The position numbers and the translations under genes were made by a program. Shown piece by piece: positions 16,801 through 25,622 of a DNA stretch of 32,000 nucleotides. Positions within the stretch are counted from its first letter, which is position 1. Every line of letters begins with the position of its first letter. Below the pieces are notes generated by a model. It saw nothing but the letters and a program-made list of their open reading frames with translations, was not told the origin of the DNA and searched no databases. Source of the DNA: Chitinophagaceae bacterium (GTDB lineage Bacteria; Bacteroidota; Bacteroidia; Chitinophagales; Chitinophagaceae); the NCBI GenBank assembly GCA_039916305.1, contig JBDSLR010000002.1, positions 1 to 32,000 of the forward strand, in the 5' to 3' direction.

Positions 16801-17602
16801 CATTGTCTGCCATGTTCCGGAACCGCTCTTCGCTTTCCTGTAATATTTTTTGTATCTGTTCCTTTTGGGTTACATCGTTTACAATGACCAGCCTCGCATC
16901 TTTACCTGAATAATGAAAATTATACGATTGTACCTCTACATACATTAAAGCACCATTTTTCTTCTGGTGTACCCATATCGTTTTATCTTTTACTTTTTCA
17001 GTGCTGAGCGTATGAAGGTGCTGCAGGAATTTCTCCCATTCACTTTCGGGCCGGATGTCTTTAATGGTCATATCCAAAAAAGCATTTTTTGAATAGCCAT
17101 AGTGAGCAATGGCCGACCGGTTTACATCCAGGAAATGCATGGTTGATCTGTCATAGATCCACATAGGCTGCGGACTATCATCAAAAAGCCATTTATAGAT
17201 TTCCTGCGCAGAAGGCGTTTGTATATTTTTTTGCCGCTGGTTGCGCTCAACACCGGTCCACTGCAAGACGGCCTCCTGCTGATCTTTTACATGCAGTTGT
17301 GTAACGGTCCATTTTAAGCGCAGTTTGTCTTTACCGGCTATGTGGAAAGTGGACTTGCACTCAAAAGAATCATTATTATTACAGAGGGAAGATAAACCGC
17401 AGCCTGGTATGTTTAGATCTCCGTGCGGGAAAAACGAAGTAAAGGGCTGGCTGAATAATTTTTCGCGCGGCATGTCCATAGCACGGAAAAAAAGATCATT
17501 TACAGATAAAGTATTGCCTTGTAAATCTGTAATCACTGTAAATACCCGTGACAGGGATTGATTAATTTCAGGTGCAGCCACTTCCGCTATAATACTTCTC
17601 AT
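13817..17602 (-). CDS. soluble multi-PAS/GAF sensor histidine kinase (HisKA_3 + HATPase_c)
   Basis: 1261 aa with no obvious transmembrane segment. About seven PAS/PAC units are marked by recurring D-[IV]-[TS]-x-[RK]-K boundaries (for example NRDITEKIK, LHDISERKQ, FKDITPRKK, MQDITDRKK). One GAF-like block lies before the last PAS. The H-box is ELHDNVNQ, and the ATP-binding boxes are IIDDGKGF and GVGLTNIESRA. Confidence 0.9.
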   Translation of the reverse strand: MRSIIAEVAAPEINQSLSRVFTVITDLQGNTLSVNDLFFRAMDMPREKLFSQPFTSFFPHGDLNIPGCGLSSLCNNNDSFECKSTFHIAGKDKLRLKWTVTQLHVKDQQEAVLQWTGVERNQRQKNIQTPSAQEIYKWLFDDSPQPMWIYDRSTMHFLDVNRSAIAHYGYSKNAFLDMTIKDIRPESEWEKFLQHLHTLSTEKVKDKTIWVHQKKNGALMYVEVQSYNFHYSGKDARLVIVNDVTQKEQIQKILQESEERFRNMADNAPVMIWVSDENDKTTYVNKYWTDFTGIDAAAAWGDGWDKVIHPGDIHIGIGEYKKGFQEKKPVSLIYRLKYRTGEYRWVLDKSIPRFLDDGTFLGYIGSLVDIHDYKMAEEKISFQARLIENASDVIISTGVNFNVVTWNKKAEDVYGITAKDAVTKNIRDLLSQDFLGTSTPDALLQLKEKGHWQGEVLHKKGSDEITYLLCMVSALRDPDNNITGYILVNRDITEKIKAEEAVRRNELKFKAILQNLMDVVFVLDKAALIKYVTPSVTAVLGYTEEELAGRIAFDFIHPDDLQRTNKLFDELLDNPGSNIISDIRLRNKKGSWSWVEAKGINKFTDSVINGIIISLHDISERKQSEQQLQAYSGHITSILNSITDGFIALDHKYNILWWNPIAEQLTGVKDVEVLGKNLWKAFPELKKIKNLNRYQKAITAKKAFSFEMYIPKLKVYFDISAYPSQQGLFIYFKDITPRKKQQMLLSLEKEVLELNINADASLKNTVDYFLSGMEKFNPGLICSVLLLDEDGKSIKHLSSPSLAAGFIKKINGLQVGPEAGSCGTAIFLRKTVIVSDITEDPLWRQYKHIAARYKLAACWSFPIVTSSNKVLGSFAGYYREKISPSEEQQELFKRVATLMGVIIENKQAEQKINISNERYMLATKATNDAIWDYDIKSKRLYWGESFYSIFGYTPGNHLGKHGFWESNLYPEDKEKIKKLYENAIKNKERGVLYSEYRFRKADNTYVLVADRAFIIWDKDGHAIRFVGAMQDITDRKKLEGQLLTQEINKQKSIAQAVVDAQEKERAEIGKELHDNVNQILSTAKLYLELAKTDTRQKDALIKKSADSIFTAINEIRHISKALVPPSVKDLGLIESINDLVESLRMTTVLQVQFNHAGDFDNTIDDKQKLMLFRIIQEQVSNVLKHAAASHITISLRFKGKLINLSIIDDGKGFELEKVKFKKGVGLTNIESRAHLFNGEVIITTAPGKGCKLFIQVPIHNI

Positions 17603-17727
17603 AATTACCTGGTTAAAAACGGGCGAGCGAAATCGAAATTATAGATAAAAGGAGATCATAAAATATGTTTGTATTGTTAAACAGACTATACCTCTATACA
17701 CTTACTATAACTTTATAATAAATGTAA

Positions 17728-17754
17728 ACAAAAAAGCACTGATAAATCAGTGCT
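17728..17754 (-). terminator. intrinsic terminator downstream of the SurA-like PPIase gene
   Basis: 8-bp stem AGCACTGA/TCAGTGCT with a 4-nt loop, followed on the minus strand by TTTTTT. It lies 35 nt after the stop. Confidence 0.7.
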
Positions 17755-17788
17755 ATTGGTATATTTAAACTTAGGTAAGTGTTAACCC

Positions 17789-19150
17789 TTATCTTAATGC
17801 GCTGGAGGCATTGTGTATCCATTTCTGTAATTGTGTACAGCCCTTATAATCATCATCTATCATGATATAATAGGTGGCGATTTTACTATTAAACCATTTT
17901 TCAATCGCGTCACCTTTTTTCTCTTCTACTGCCCGCTGGGCGATACGGTTGTAGTCGTCTTTCATGTTTTCGCGGTGAGGTTCTGAGCGCGATTTTAAAT
18001 ACACAATACGAACGCTTTTTTTGCCCCGCTCATCCGTAAAAGTAACGGGTTGCGAATATTCGCCCACTTTCAATTTAGGCAGCAGTTTTACCATGTCTTT
18101 ATCCAGCATATCAATGGTTAAGAAAGTTCCGTTGGCGCCCTGCAGGTTACCGCCGGTATATTTGGAACTTTCATCTTCGCTGTACCTGTTCACAGCTTCA
18201 CCAAAACTGGTGGTACCGGCAATCAGTTTTGCCCTTATGGAATCCAGTTTACTTTCTGCAATTTTTATTTCATCATCTGTGATAGAAGGAATTTTCAGAA
18301 TATGCCGTACGGTAGCATCATCACCGGCACGGCTAACCATCTGTATGATATGGTATCCAAATTTAGATTTTATGACGGGTGATACCTGCCCTTCCTTTAA
18401 CCGGAAAGCTGCCTGCACAAAAACGGGATCCATCACTTTTTCCGTACGGTTAATATTGTACATGCCCCCGGTATTTTTGCTGCCCGGATCTTCCGTGTAA
18501 AGACTGGCCAGTGTTTCAAACTTCCTGGTGCCCGCTTCTACCTGTTTTTTAAAATCGGTTAATTCGTCAATAGCGTTTTTATCAATATCGCGGCTTGCTT
18601 TGGGGTACACCATGATTTGCCCTATTTCCACTTCACTTTCAAGGAAAGCTAAGCTGTCTTTCGGTATCTTATCAAAATAAGCTTTTACTTCATTGGGTGT
18701 TATTTTTATACCTTCTACAATTTTTGCCCGCATCAGCTCAGCCTGCTTTCTTTCTTTAAAAGAAACCCGGAAATCTTCTTTTATCTGGTAAACCGTTCTG
18801 CCTGCAATCTGCTCCAGCGCCTCTTTTGACCCGTATGCCTGCACAAATCCACGTACCTGGTTATCCAGCAATGATTCCAGTTCTTCCTCACTTACCTGCA
18901 GGGAATCTTTCTCCGCCTGCAATACGAGCGCTTTAAGGGTAAGCGCCTGCTCCATTACAATGCATTCTGCATTTTCAGGTACCGCTTCATTGCGCCGCTG
19001 GCGATCCAGAATTTCGTTCAGCACTTCAGATTTAAGAATGATTTTATCGCCTACTATAGCGATGACTTTATCTGCTACCACTTTTTGCGGCTGTGCAAAA
19101 GCGGCCACTGTGGCCAATGAAAAAAGGAATAAAAAAATGATTTGCTTCAT
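17789..19150 (-). CDS. SurA-like periplasmic chaperone / peptidyl-prolyl isomerase (parvulin domains)
   Basis: The start was moved to MKQIIFLFLFSLATVAAFAQ (signal peptide, ATG at 19150). A parvulin signature FGYHIIQMV is present, with a second rotamase-like block further on. The 64-codon upstream extension in the ORF track runs through the infB terminator hairpin. Confidence 0.85.
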   Translation of the reverse strand: MKQIIFLFLFSLATVAAFAQPQKVVADKVIAIVGDKIILKSEVLNEILDRQRRNEAVPENAECIVMEQALTLKALVLQAEKDSLQVSEEELESLLDNQVRGFVQAYGSKEALEQIAGRTVYQIKEDFRVSFKERKQAELMRAKIVEGIKITPNEVKAYFDKIPKDSLAFLESEVEIGQIMVYPKASRDIDKNAIDELTDFKKQVEAGTRKFETLASLYTEDPGSKNTGGMYNINRTEKVMDPVFVQAAFRLKEGQVSPVIKSKFGYHIIQMVSRAGDDATVRHILKIPSITDDEIKIAESKLDSIRAKLIAGTTSFGEAVNRYSEDESSKYTGGNLQGANGTFLTIDMLDKDMVKLLPKLKVGEYSQPVTFTDERGKKSVRIVYLKSRSEPHRENMKDDYNRIAQRAVEEKKGDAIEKWFNSKIATYYIMIDDDYKGCTQLQKWIHNASSALR

Positions 19151-19294
19151 AAATAGCTTTTTGCAAAAATTGCTGATGGGTATGCCGGGCCTGTATAATG
19201 ATTTTTTGTTGCGGCCACTGTCCCCAAAAATATTCGGTCTTAAGGGAAAGACGCTTGTGGCAGCCGCTTTTAACAAAAGTTTGTCCTGAAACAG

Positions 19295-19345
19295 TTCATG
19301 GCCCATAGTTCTCCATTGCCCTGGCAAAGAACTATGAACCATGAA
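19295..19345 (-). terminator. long compound hairpin 15 nt after the infB stop (probable operon terminator)
   Basis: Three stacked stems are visible: TTCATGG/CCATGAA, CATAGTTCT/AGAACTATG and TTGC/GCAA. Together they give about 20 bp, with a 2x2 internal loop and a small bulge. Only a weak U-rich tail (CUGUUUC) follows. Confidence 0.5.
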
Positions 19346-19359
19346 TTATCAACTAAAAA

Positions 19360-22300
19360 TTATAAGGTTCTCTTTACTTCTTCTTCTTCAAATGCCTCAA
19401 CAATATCACCTACTTTAAGGTCATTAAAGTTCTTTATGGTTAAGCCGCACTCCATGCCGGATGTTACATCTTTTACGTCATCTTTAAACCTTTTCAGGCT
19501 GGCAAGTTCTGCACTGGCGCCTTCACCCTTTGGATATTCTACAATACCATCGCGTATGATGCGTATGCGGGCGTTGCGGGCAATTTTTCCGTCCATAACA
19601 AAGCAACCGGCAACGGTAGCCTTGTCAAATTTATATACTTCCCGCACTTCCACATTGGCAAGAATCTTCTCCTGTATCTTAGGCTCAAGCATACCTTCCA
19701 TGGCGCTCTTGATTTCTTCAATAGCGTTGTAAATAATGGAGTAGGTTTTAATTTCCACCCCTTCATTATCTGCCAGCCTGCCTGCCTGCAGTGATGGGCG
19801 GCAGTTAAAGCCTACAATTACCGCATCCGAAGCTGCTGCCAGCAATACGTCATTCTCAGTAATGGCGCCTACACCTTTCAACACCACGTTAATAGCTACT
19901 TCGTCTGTAGACAATTTCTGCAATGAATCGCTCAGGGCTTCTACAGATCCATCCACGTCTCCTTTTATAATAAGGTTCAATTGTTTGAAGTTGCCAAGTG
20001 CCAGACGGCGGCCAATCTCATCCAGTGTAATGTGCTTCTTAGTACGTATACCCTGTTCACGCAGAATCTGCGCTCTTTTGTTAGCTATTTCTTTCGCTTC
20101 TGCTTCATCCTGGTAAACCTTGAACTTCTCACCGGCCTGTGGCGCACCATTTAATCCTAGAATCTGAACCGGTGTTGATGGCGGTGCTGTATCCAAACGT
20201 TGGTTACGTTCGTTTGTCATGGCTTTGATACGGCCATAATACTGACCACAGACCATCAGGTCGCCCTGGCGCAGGGTGCCGTTTTGCACCATCAGGGTGG
20301 CCACATAACCCCGGCCTTTATCCAGCGATGCTTCAATAATGCTTCCGGAAGCTTCTTTATCCGGATTGGCTTTCAATTCAAGCAATTCCGCTTCCAGTAA
20401 TATCTTTTCCAACAACAGATCAACATTCAAACCTTGTTTAGCACTTAATTCCTGGCTCTGGAATTTTCCACCCCATTCTTCTACAAGAATATTCATGCTG
20501 GCCAGCTGCTCATAAATCTTCTTGGGATTTGCCCCATCTCTGTCAATCTTATTCAGCGCAAATATCATGGGTACATTGGCAGCCTGTGCGTGACTGATGG
20601 CTTCTTTGGTTTGTGGCATCACGGCGTCATCAGCAGCTACCACAATAATGGCGATATCTGTAATCTTTGCACCACGTGCACGCATGGCGGTAAACGCTTC
20701 GTGACCAGGTGTGTCCAGGAATGCTATCTTTTTACCGTTAGGCAATGTTACTTCATATGCACCTATGTGCTGGGTAATACCACCTGCCTCACCAGCTACC
20801 ACGTTAGCACTGCGGATATAATCCAGCAGGGATGTTTTACCATGGTCTACGTGACCCATGATGGTAACAATAGGGGCACGGGGCTTCTGCTCTGCCGGAT
20901 CATCGTCTTCTTCCTCTTCTTCCATTTCAGCCTGTTTATCCATATCGATAAACTCCACATCAAATCCAAACTCACTGGCCACCAGTTCTATTACATCTGC
21001 CTCCAGGCGCTGGTTAATGGATACCATCAGACCAAGTCCCATACACTTGCCAATAACCTCTGCGTAGCTAACATCCATCAGGTTAGCCAATTCACTAACG
21101 CTAATGAACTCAGTAAGCTGCAGCTTGTTATCCTGCATATCCTCAGGGCTCTGGTCAGCACTTTCCTGGCGTTTCTCCCTGCGGTATTTGGCTTTAAGAC
21201 TTTTACCACGGCCACCAGCACCTGCCAGTTTAGCCTGTGTCTCCCTTATTTTATCCTGGATTTCTTTCTTGTCAATTTCCTTTACCTCACGTCTTGCTGC
21301 CACACCACCTCTTGCCGGTGCGCTGCCCCTTCTAAAGCCGCCTGCTGCGCCACCAGTACCGCGGTTAGGCTGGCCGGGCGCTGCATTGGGGTCTCTTTTT
21401 ACGATGCCCAGACCTGGTCTTCTTGGCGCCTGCGGGCCTTGCTGGCTTGGTTGCCCCTGCTGGCCCTGGCCCTGCTGACCCGGCTGATGCCGTGCAACAA
21501 AAGGTTCGCCTTTTTTATCAATGGGGATGCGTTTGCGTTTGCGCTTCTCTTCGTTGGGTTTTGGCCTGGTATCACTGTCTACCGGCAATTCTATTTTACC
21601 AAAGATCTTTGGTCCTTCTAATTTTTCAGCCCTGATATTTTCAATGACAGGCGCCTGTAAATCTTCTTCCTGCACAGCCGGCGTTTCTGCTTCTTCAATT
21701 TTATTTACTACCGGCTGCGGTACTTCAGTTACTGCCGGAGCTTGCGGCGCTTTTATAATTTCTTCTACAGGTGCTGGTATGGCCGCCGGTAATTCTTCGG
21801 CTACCACTGGCTCCTGTTCTTTAGTCTCTTCTTTTTTCCTGGTTCCCTTTTTAGGGCGGGTAGAGGAATCAATGGTTGACAGATCAATTTTATCAAACAC
21901 TTTTGGCCCTTCAATTTCAGGAATTTCTACTTTAGAAATTTCCGGCGCCTTCTCTTCCACTACAGGTGTTTCTTTGGGCTCCTCACGGGGGGCCTTTGGT
22001 GGCACCACTTCAGCTACTACTACTGCTACCGGTGCTGGTTCCGGTGGTTTCACTTCTTCAACAGGCGCTTTTTTAGCAACAAACGACTCCCTTTTAAACA
22101 GAATTTCTTCTTCGTCTTTTTTCTTACGGGTATCTGTATTGCCGCCCTTTGGCAGGTCAATCTGATCACTTTTGATCTTTGCCACTTTATCGCCCGCAAA
22201 TTCCAGCTGCAGGGAACGGTACATGTCTTCCGTAAGCTTTGAAGTTGGCTTCAAATCATCTTTACTAAAGCCTTTGCCAGAAAGAAATTCGACAAGTGTA

Positions 22301-22362
22301 TCCTTACCGATATTAAACTCTTTGGCAGCAGCCATTAACCGTGGTGTTGTAATTTCTGACAT
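19360..22362 (-). CDS. infB: translation initiation factor IF-2
   Basis: The GTPase motifs are [20 protein letters not shown] and NKID. There is a long low-complexity Pro/Glu/Lys/Gln N-terminal region. Gene order follows nusA. Confidence 0.97.
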   Translation of the reverse strand: MSEITTPRLMAAAKEFNIGKDTLVEFLSGKGFSKDDLKPTSKLTEDMYRSLQLEFAGDKVAKIKSDQIDLPKGGNTDTRKKKDEEEILFKRESFVAKKAPVEEVKPPEPAPVAVVVAEVVPPKAPREEPKETPVVEEKAPEISKVEIPEIEGPKVFDKIDLSTIDSSTRPKKGTRKKEETKEQEPVVAEELPAAIPAPVEEIIKAPQAPAVTEVPQPVVNKIEEAETPAVQEEDLQAPVIENIRAEKLEGPKIFGKIELPVDSDTRPKPNEEKRKRKRIPIDKKGEPFVARHQPGQQGQGQQGQPSQQGPQAPRRPGLGIVKRDPNAAPGQPNRGTGGAAGGFRRGSAPARGGVAARREVKEIDKKEIQDKIRETQAKLAGAGGRGKSLKAKYRREKRQESADQSPEDMQDNKLQLTEFISVSELANLMDVSYAEVIGKCMGLGLMVSINQRLEADVIELVASEFGFDVEFIDMDKQAEMEEEEEDDDPAEQKPRAPIVTIMGHVDHGKTSLLDYIRSANVVAGEAGGITQHIGAYEVTLPNGKKIAFLDTPGHEAFTAMRARGAKITDIAIIVVAADDAVMPQTKEAISHAQAANVPMIFALNKIDRDGANPKKIYEQLASMNILVEEWGGKFQSQELSAKQGLNVDLLLEKILLEAELLELKANPDKEASGSIIEASLDKGRGYVATLMVQNGTLRQGDLMVCGQYYGRIKAMTNERNQRLDTAPPSTPVQILGLNGAPQAGEKFKVYQDEAEAKEIANKRAQILREQGIRTKKHITLDEIGRRLALGNFKQLNLIIKGDVDGSVEALSDSLQKLSTDEVAINVVLKGVGAITENDVLLAAASDAVIVGFNCRPSLQAGRLADNEGVEIKTYSIIYNAIEEIKSAMEGMLEPKIQEKILANVEVREVYKFDKATVAGCFVMDGKIARNARIRIIRDGIVEYPKGEGASAELASLKRFKDDVKDVTSGMECGLTIKNFNDLKVGDIVEAFEEEEVKRTL

Positions 22363-22416
22363 TCAGTATTTTAAAATAATAATTATGGTTACCCGTTTTT
22401 ATTTATAGTGCCTTTC

Positions 22417-22442
22417 GGGAAATAAGTGTAAAAATATTTCCC
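22417..22442 (-). promoter_or_regulatory. hairpin in the 115-nt nusA-infB spacer
   Basis: 8-bp stem GGGAAATA/TATTTCCC with a 10-nt A-rich loop, read directly from the sequence. No function is established. Confidence 0.3.
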
Positions 22443-22477
22443 AAAAACTATCCCGGTAAAAACTTTATTCTATGGTA

Positions 22478-23725
22478 TTACTCTTTTTTAAATTCGTTTT
22501 CCAGTACTTTTCTTACATCATCAATCGTTTCCCTTTCCAGGTCTGTTCTTCTTTCAAGTTCTTCTGCAGTTAATTCCAGTACGCTGCGTGCCGTATCACA
22601 ACCAATGCGTTTCAGTTCATCTATGATCCATGTTTCAATTTCATCACTGAATTCTTCCAGGTCAATATCGAACTCTTCCACTTCACCTTCATTATCACGG
22701 AAGACGTCAATGCTGTACCCTGTCAATTCCTGCGCCAATTTAATATTTACTCCTTTTCTGCCAATTGCCAGAGAAACCTGGTCAGGTTTCAGGTATACAT
22801 CTGCCTGCAGGGTTTCACCATTCAGATTCATCGTAGTAATTTTTGCAGGAGTAAGCGAACGCTGTATCAGCAATTGTGTATTGGCCGTCCAGTTAATCAC
22901 ATCAATATTTTCATTCTTTAACTCGCGTACAATACCATGAATCCTGCTTCCTTTCATACCTACGCAGGCGCCCACGGGGTCTATCCTGTCATCAAAAGAT
23001 TCTACTGCTACTTTAGCTCTTTCACCGGGGTCGCGGACTATTTTCTTAATTACAATAAGGCCATCAAATATCTCAGGCACCTCAATTTCAAGCAACTTAG
23101 CTAAAAATTCCGGGCTTGTTCTTGATAATATAATTACCGGACTATTATTTTTTAAGTCAACCCTTCTTACAACTGCACGGATGCTTTCTCCTTTCTTAAA
23201 ATAATCCTGTGGGATTTGTTCACTTTTCGGCAGAATCAGTTCATTGCCATCCTCATCCAGCAAAAGGATTTCTTTTTTCCACACCTGGTATACTTCTGCG
23301 CTGATGATATCACCAATACGGTCGTGGTATTTTTTTACCAGCACATTTTTCTTCAGATCGCCAATACGGCTGGCTAGTGTTTGTTTGGCAGCCAGGATGG
23401 CCCTGCGGCCAAAATCCATGATGTCAACACCTTCATATAACTCTTCGCCCACTTCAAAGTCAGGTTCAATTTTAGCAGCATCCTTGTAGGCAATTTCTGC
23501 CAGGGGATCCATTACTTCACCGTCATTAACAATCATACGGCGGCGCATAATTTCCAAATCGCCTTTCTCTGCGTTTACAATTACATCAAAGTTATCATCA
23601 GCGCCGTATTTTTTGCGTAATAAGGTTTTAAATACGTCTTCTACCACCTTCATCATGGTAGGGCGGTCTATATTCTCCGCATCTTTGAACTCCTGGAATG
23701 CTTCAATTAAGTTAATGCTTGCCAT
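22478..23725 (-). CDS. nusA: transcription termination/antitermination factor NusA
   Basis: It has an N-terminal RNAP-binding region and an S1 segment. The two KH GXXG contexts are VGACVGMKGSRI and AIGRKGVNIKLA. 415 aa, located between rimP and infB. Confidence 0.97.
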   Translation of the reverse strand: MASINLIEAFQEFKDAENIDRPTMMKVVEDVFKTLLRKKYGADDNFDVIVNAEKGDLEIMRRRMIVNDGEVMDPLAEIAYKDAAKIEPDFEVGEELYEGVDIMDFGRRAILAAKQTLASRIGDLKKNVLVKKYHDRIGDIISAEVYQVWKKEILLLDEDGNELILPKSEQIPQDYFKKGESIRAVVRRVDLKNNSPVIILSRTSPEFLAKLLEIEVPEIFDGLIVIKKIVRDPGERAKVAVESFDDRIDPVGACVGMKGSRIHGIVRELKNENIDVINWTANTQLLIQRSLTPAKITTMNLNGETLQADVYLKPDQVSLAIGRKGVNIKLAQELTGYSIDVFRDNEGEVEEFDIDLEEFSDEIETWIIDELKRIGCDTARSVLELTAEELERRTDLERETIDDVRKVLENEFKKE

Positions 23726-23810
23726 ACTCCTGAATTTAGAAAGCTTGAATCAACCGGAAACAGCAACAGGTTCTTTATAATACCCTGCCTCTCTTCCAAG
23801 TAACCCATGG

Positions 23811-24281
23811 CTAAAATTTAATTTGAATTTTTGTTGATTTAATATTTAAAAATGGAATAATATGCTGAACCACTTCTTTTTTCTTGTTTTTGCCAATTGT
23901 TTCTGCCAACTCAACCTCATTTTCATTCACTGCTACAAGAACACCTTCTATTATTTTACCATCCTGTTGCAATACTTCCACACTGCGGTTGATATTTTTT
24001 ACATACTGCCGGTGCAGCTTAAGCGGCTCATCCAGGCCCGGCGAAGAAACCTCCAGCGAAAAATCACCTTCGGGGTACATAGCAGCTTCTTCCAGTTGCT
24101 TATATAAACGCCTGTTAAAAGAGACGCACTTTTCAATGGAAATCCCCCCATCCGCATCCAGGGCTACCCTTATATTATTGATGGGTTTAATACGTACTTC
24201 CACCAAAAAACATTCGGGACTGCTTTCCAGCAATTCCTGCATCATGCTGCTTATAACCTGTATTTGTGTTTCGCTTGCCAT
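23811..24281 (-). CDS. rimP: ribosome maturation factor RimP
   Basis: 156 aa. It has the conserved LEVSSPGLDEPL segment and sits immediately upstream of nusA. Confidence 0.9.
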   Translation of the reverse strand: MASETQIQVISSMMQELLESSPECFLVEVRIKPINNIRVALDADGGISIEKCVSFNRRLYKQLEEAAMYPEGDFSLEVSSPGLDEPLKLHRQYVKNINRSVEVLQQDGKIIEGVLVAVNENEVELAETIGKNKKKEVVQHIIPFLNIKSTKIQIKF

Positions 24282-24292
24282 TACTGTAAAGA

Positions 24293-24318
24293 AGAAGGGA
24301 ACGTTTCCGTTCCCTTCT
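24293..24318 (-). promoter_or_regulatory. strong leader hairpin between the rimP promoter box and the rimP ATG (candidate attenuator)
   Basis: An 11-bp perfect stem AGAAGGGAACG/CGTTCCCTTCT encloses a 4-nt loop. On the minus strand it is followed by TCTTTAC. It ends 11 nt before the start codon. Confidence 0.45.
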
Positions 24319-24336
24319 CTGATTCTTTGTCCGGTA

Positions 24337-24344
24337 CAAATGTA
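24337..24344 (-). promoter_or_regulatory. candidate -7 promoter box for rimP-nusA-infB (TACATTTG on the minus strand)
   Basis: Exact TAnnTTTG match, 55 nt upstream of the rimP ATG and 18 nt upstream of the leader hairpin. Confidence 0.4.
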
Positions 24345-24651
24345 ATGTAATAAACGTATTCAAACCAAATCTTGCCCCGGCAAGGCGTCTGGTACTTAAT
24401 TCAGTAAAGTAATTTCCTGCATAGGCAGCCTTTCAGGCCTGGAAGTTACACTGGTTACAGGGAAGAATGTGCGTAATCAGCTGCGGCCCCGGGCGAAGGG
24501 CGCCGGGCAGGGAATATGGTAGCTGACTCAGCCTACAAACGGTGCCGGCTCATTCAAATTCCTGTAAAACAAGCCGTTTATCAAAAAACAGCCTCCTTCA
24601 ATAAACATTAACAGCCTGCACATGTAGTATAATTGTAAATTTACGGCTACT

Positions 24652-24909
24652 ATGACACTACTACGTTTTATACTTTACGCACTGGGTATATACATGGTCT
24701 ATAAAGTTATTTTTGACCTTATCATACCCGTTTCAAGGGCTACTAAAAAGGTTCGCCAACAGTTTGGCGACATGCAGCAGCATATGCAGGATCAAATGAA
24801 TGCCACACAGAACGGATATCCCAATCATACCCCATCACAACCTCCGCCTCCTGAACAGAAAAAGACCCGCACAGGGGATTATATAGATTTTGAAGAAGTA
24901 AAGTCGTGA
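24652..24909 (+). CDS. small membrane protein, DUF4834-like
   Basis: 85 aa. It has one N-terminal hydrophobic helix (LRFILYALGIYMVYKVIF), a Gln/Pro-rich middle, and an acidic C-terminal GDYIDFEEVKS tail. This resembles my recollection of DUF4834 proteins. Confidence 0.6.
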   Translation: MTLLRFILYALGIYMVYKVIFDLIIPVSRATKKVRQQFGDMQQHMQDQMNATQNGYPNHTPSQPPPPEQKKTRTGDYIDFEEVKS

Positions 24910-24917
24910 GGCGTGAA
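24906..24917. repeat. left arm of a perfect 12-bp inverted repeat (GTGAGGCGTGAA)
   Basis: Exact reverse complement of 25720..25731. It overlaps the TGA stop of the DUF4834-like gene. Confidence 0.85.
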
Positions 24918-24992
24918 TAGGCCCTTGCGTCTGAGTCACGGATGCAGAAGCAGTAAGATACCAATTGATGTAAGACCTCCTACAGGCTCAAT

Positions 24993-25622
24993 CTAACAAA
25001 CAAGTTCCTGAAACAGCGGAAGCGCCGTTATCTGCATGGGGGGTTTCAGATGCAGGGTTTGGATGCCGGTTTCTTCTGCGCCACTGAAATTGGATGCTGT
25101 ATCATCAATAAATAATGTTTCTGCGGGGTTTAATTTATTCTGATCCAGCACAAGCTGGTAAATAGCTGCATGGGGCTTCCTCAGTTGCACCTTGTGCGAA
25201 TAATAAGTTTTCTCAAAAATATCTTCCAGCGTTTTACCGGTTTGCGCATGCAGGGATTGTTGAAATGCATCGTGGTGCAGTGAATTGGTATTGCTCAGCA
25301 AAAAAATGCGGTAACGCATTTTTAATTTTTCCAGCAACGCTAGACGTGCTGACGGAAAATCAAGCAACAGTGCATTCCAGGAATTAATAATTTGCTGTTC
25401 AGTAATTGGCCGGCCGGCAATTTGCTGAATGCCTTTTACAAATGCTGCATCATCTATCTTACCAGTTTCATAATCTTCAAAAAAAGGCGTAATATGAAAC
25501 TGCGTCATGTACTGCTTAAAATCAGTAAAACCAAGATCGGCAAAAGCATTTTCGGTTTTTTTAAAGTCGATGTTCATAATAACACCGCCGAGATCGAAGA
25601 TGATGTTTTTGATGGATGGCAT
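24993..25622 (-). CDS. HAD-superfamily hydrolase, subfamily IA variant 3 type
   Basis: Motif I is IIFDLGGVI, motif II is LLSNTN, and motif IV is LFIDDTASN. 209 aa. Confidence 0.85.
   Translation of the reverse strand: MPSIKNIIFDLGGVIMNIDFKKTENAFADLGFTDFKQYMTQFHITPFFEDYETGKIDDAAFVKGIQQIAGRPITEQQIINSWNALLLDFPSARLALLEKLKMRYRIFLLSNTNSLHHDAFQQSLHAQTGKTLEDIFEKTYYSHKVQLRKPHAAIYQLVLDQNKLNPAETLFIDDTASNFSGAEETGIQTLHLKPPMQITALPLFQELVC

Noticed and set aside
19298-19732. 144-aa plus-strand ORF that starts in the infB terminator hairpin
   Set aside because: It is antisense to the conserved C-terminal domain of IF-2 and begins inside a palindromic structure, so I treat it as an artefact.
20590-21621. 343-aa plus-strand ORF, with neighbouring 214-aa, 124-aa and 70-aa ORFs, antisense to infB
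   Set aside because: They lie entirely inside the confidently identified IF-2 gene. Their translations are Cys/Leu/Phe/Ser-rich low-complexity sequences with no motifs. The open frames are the expected mirror of the biased Pro/Glu/Lys/Gln-rich codon usage of the IF-2 N-terminal region.
24282-24651. Possible initiator tRNA (as metY in E. coli), SRP RNA or 6S RNA upstream of rimP
   Set aside because: I found no GTTCGAATC-type T-loop, no acceptor or anticodon arm arrangement, and no SRP GGAA-tetraloop/AGCA symmetric-loop motif on either strand. Only generic hairpins are present. The region is kept as a low-interest unassigned spacer instead.
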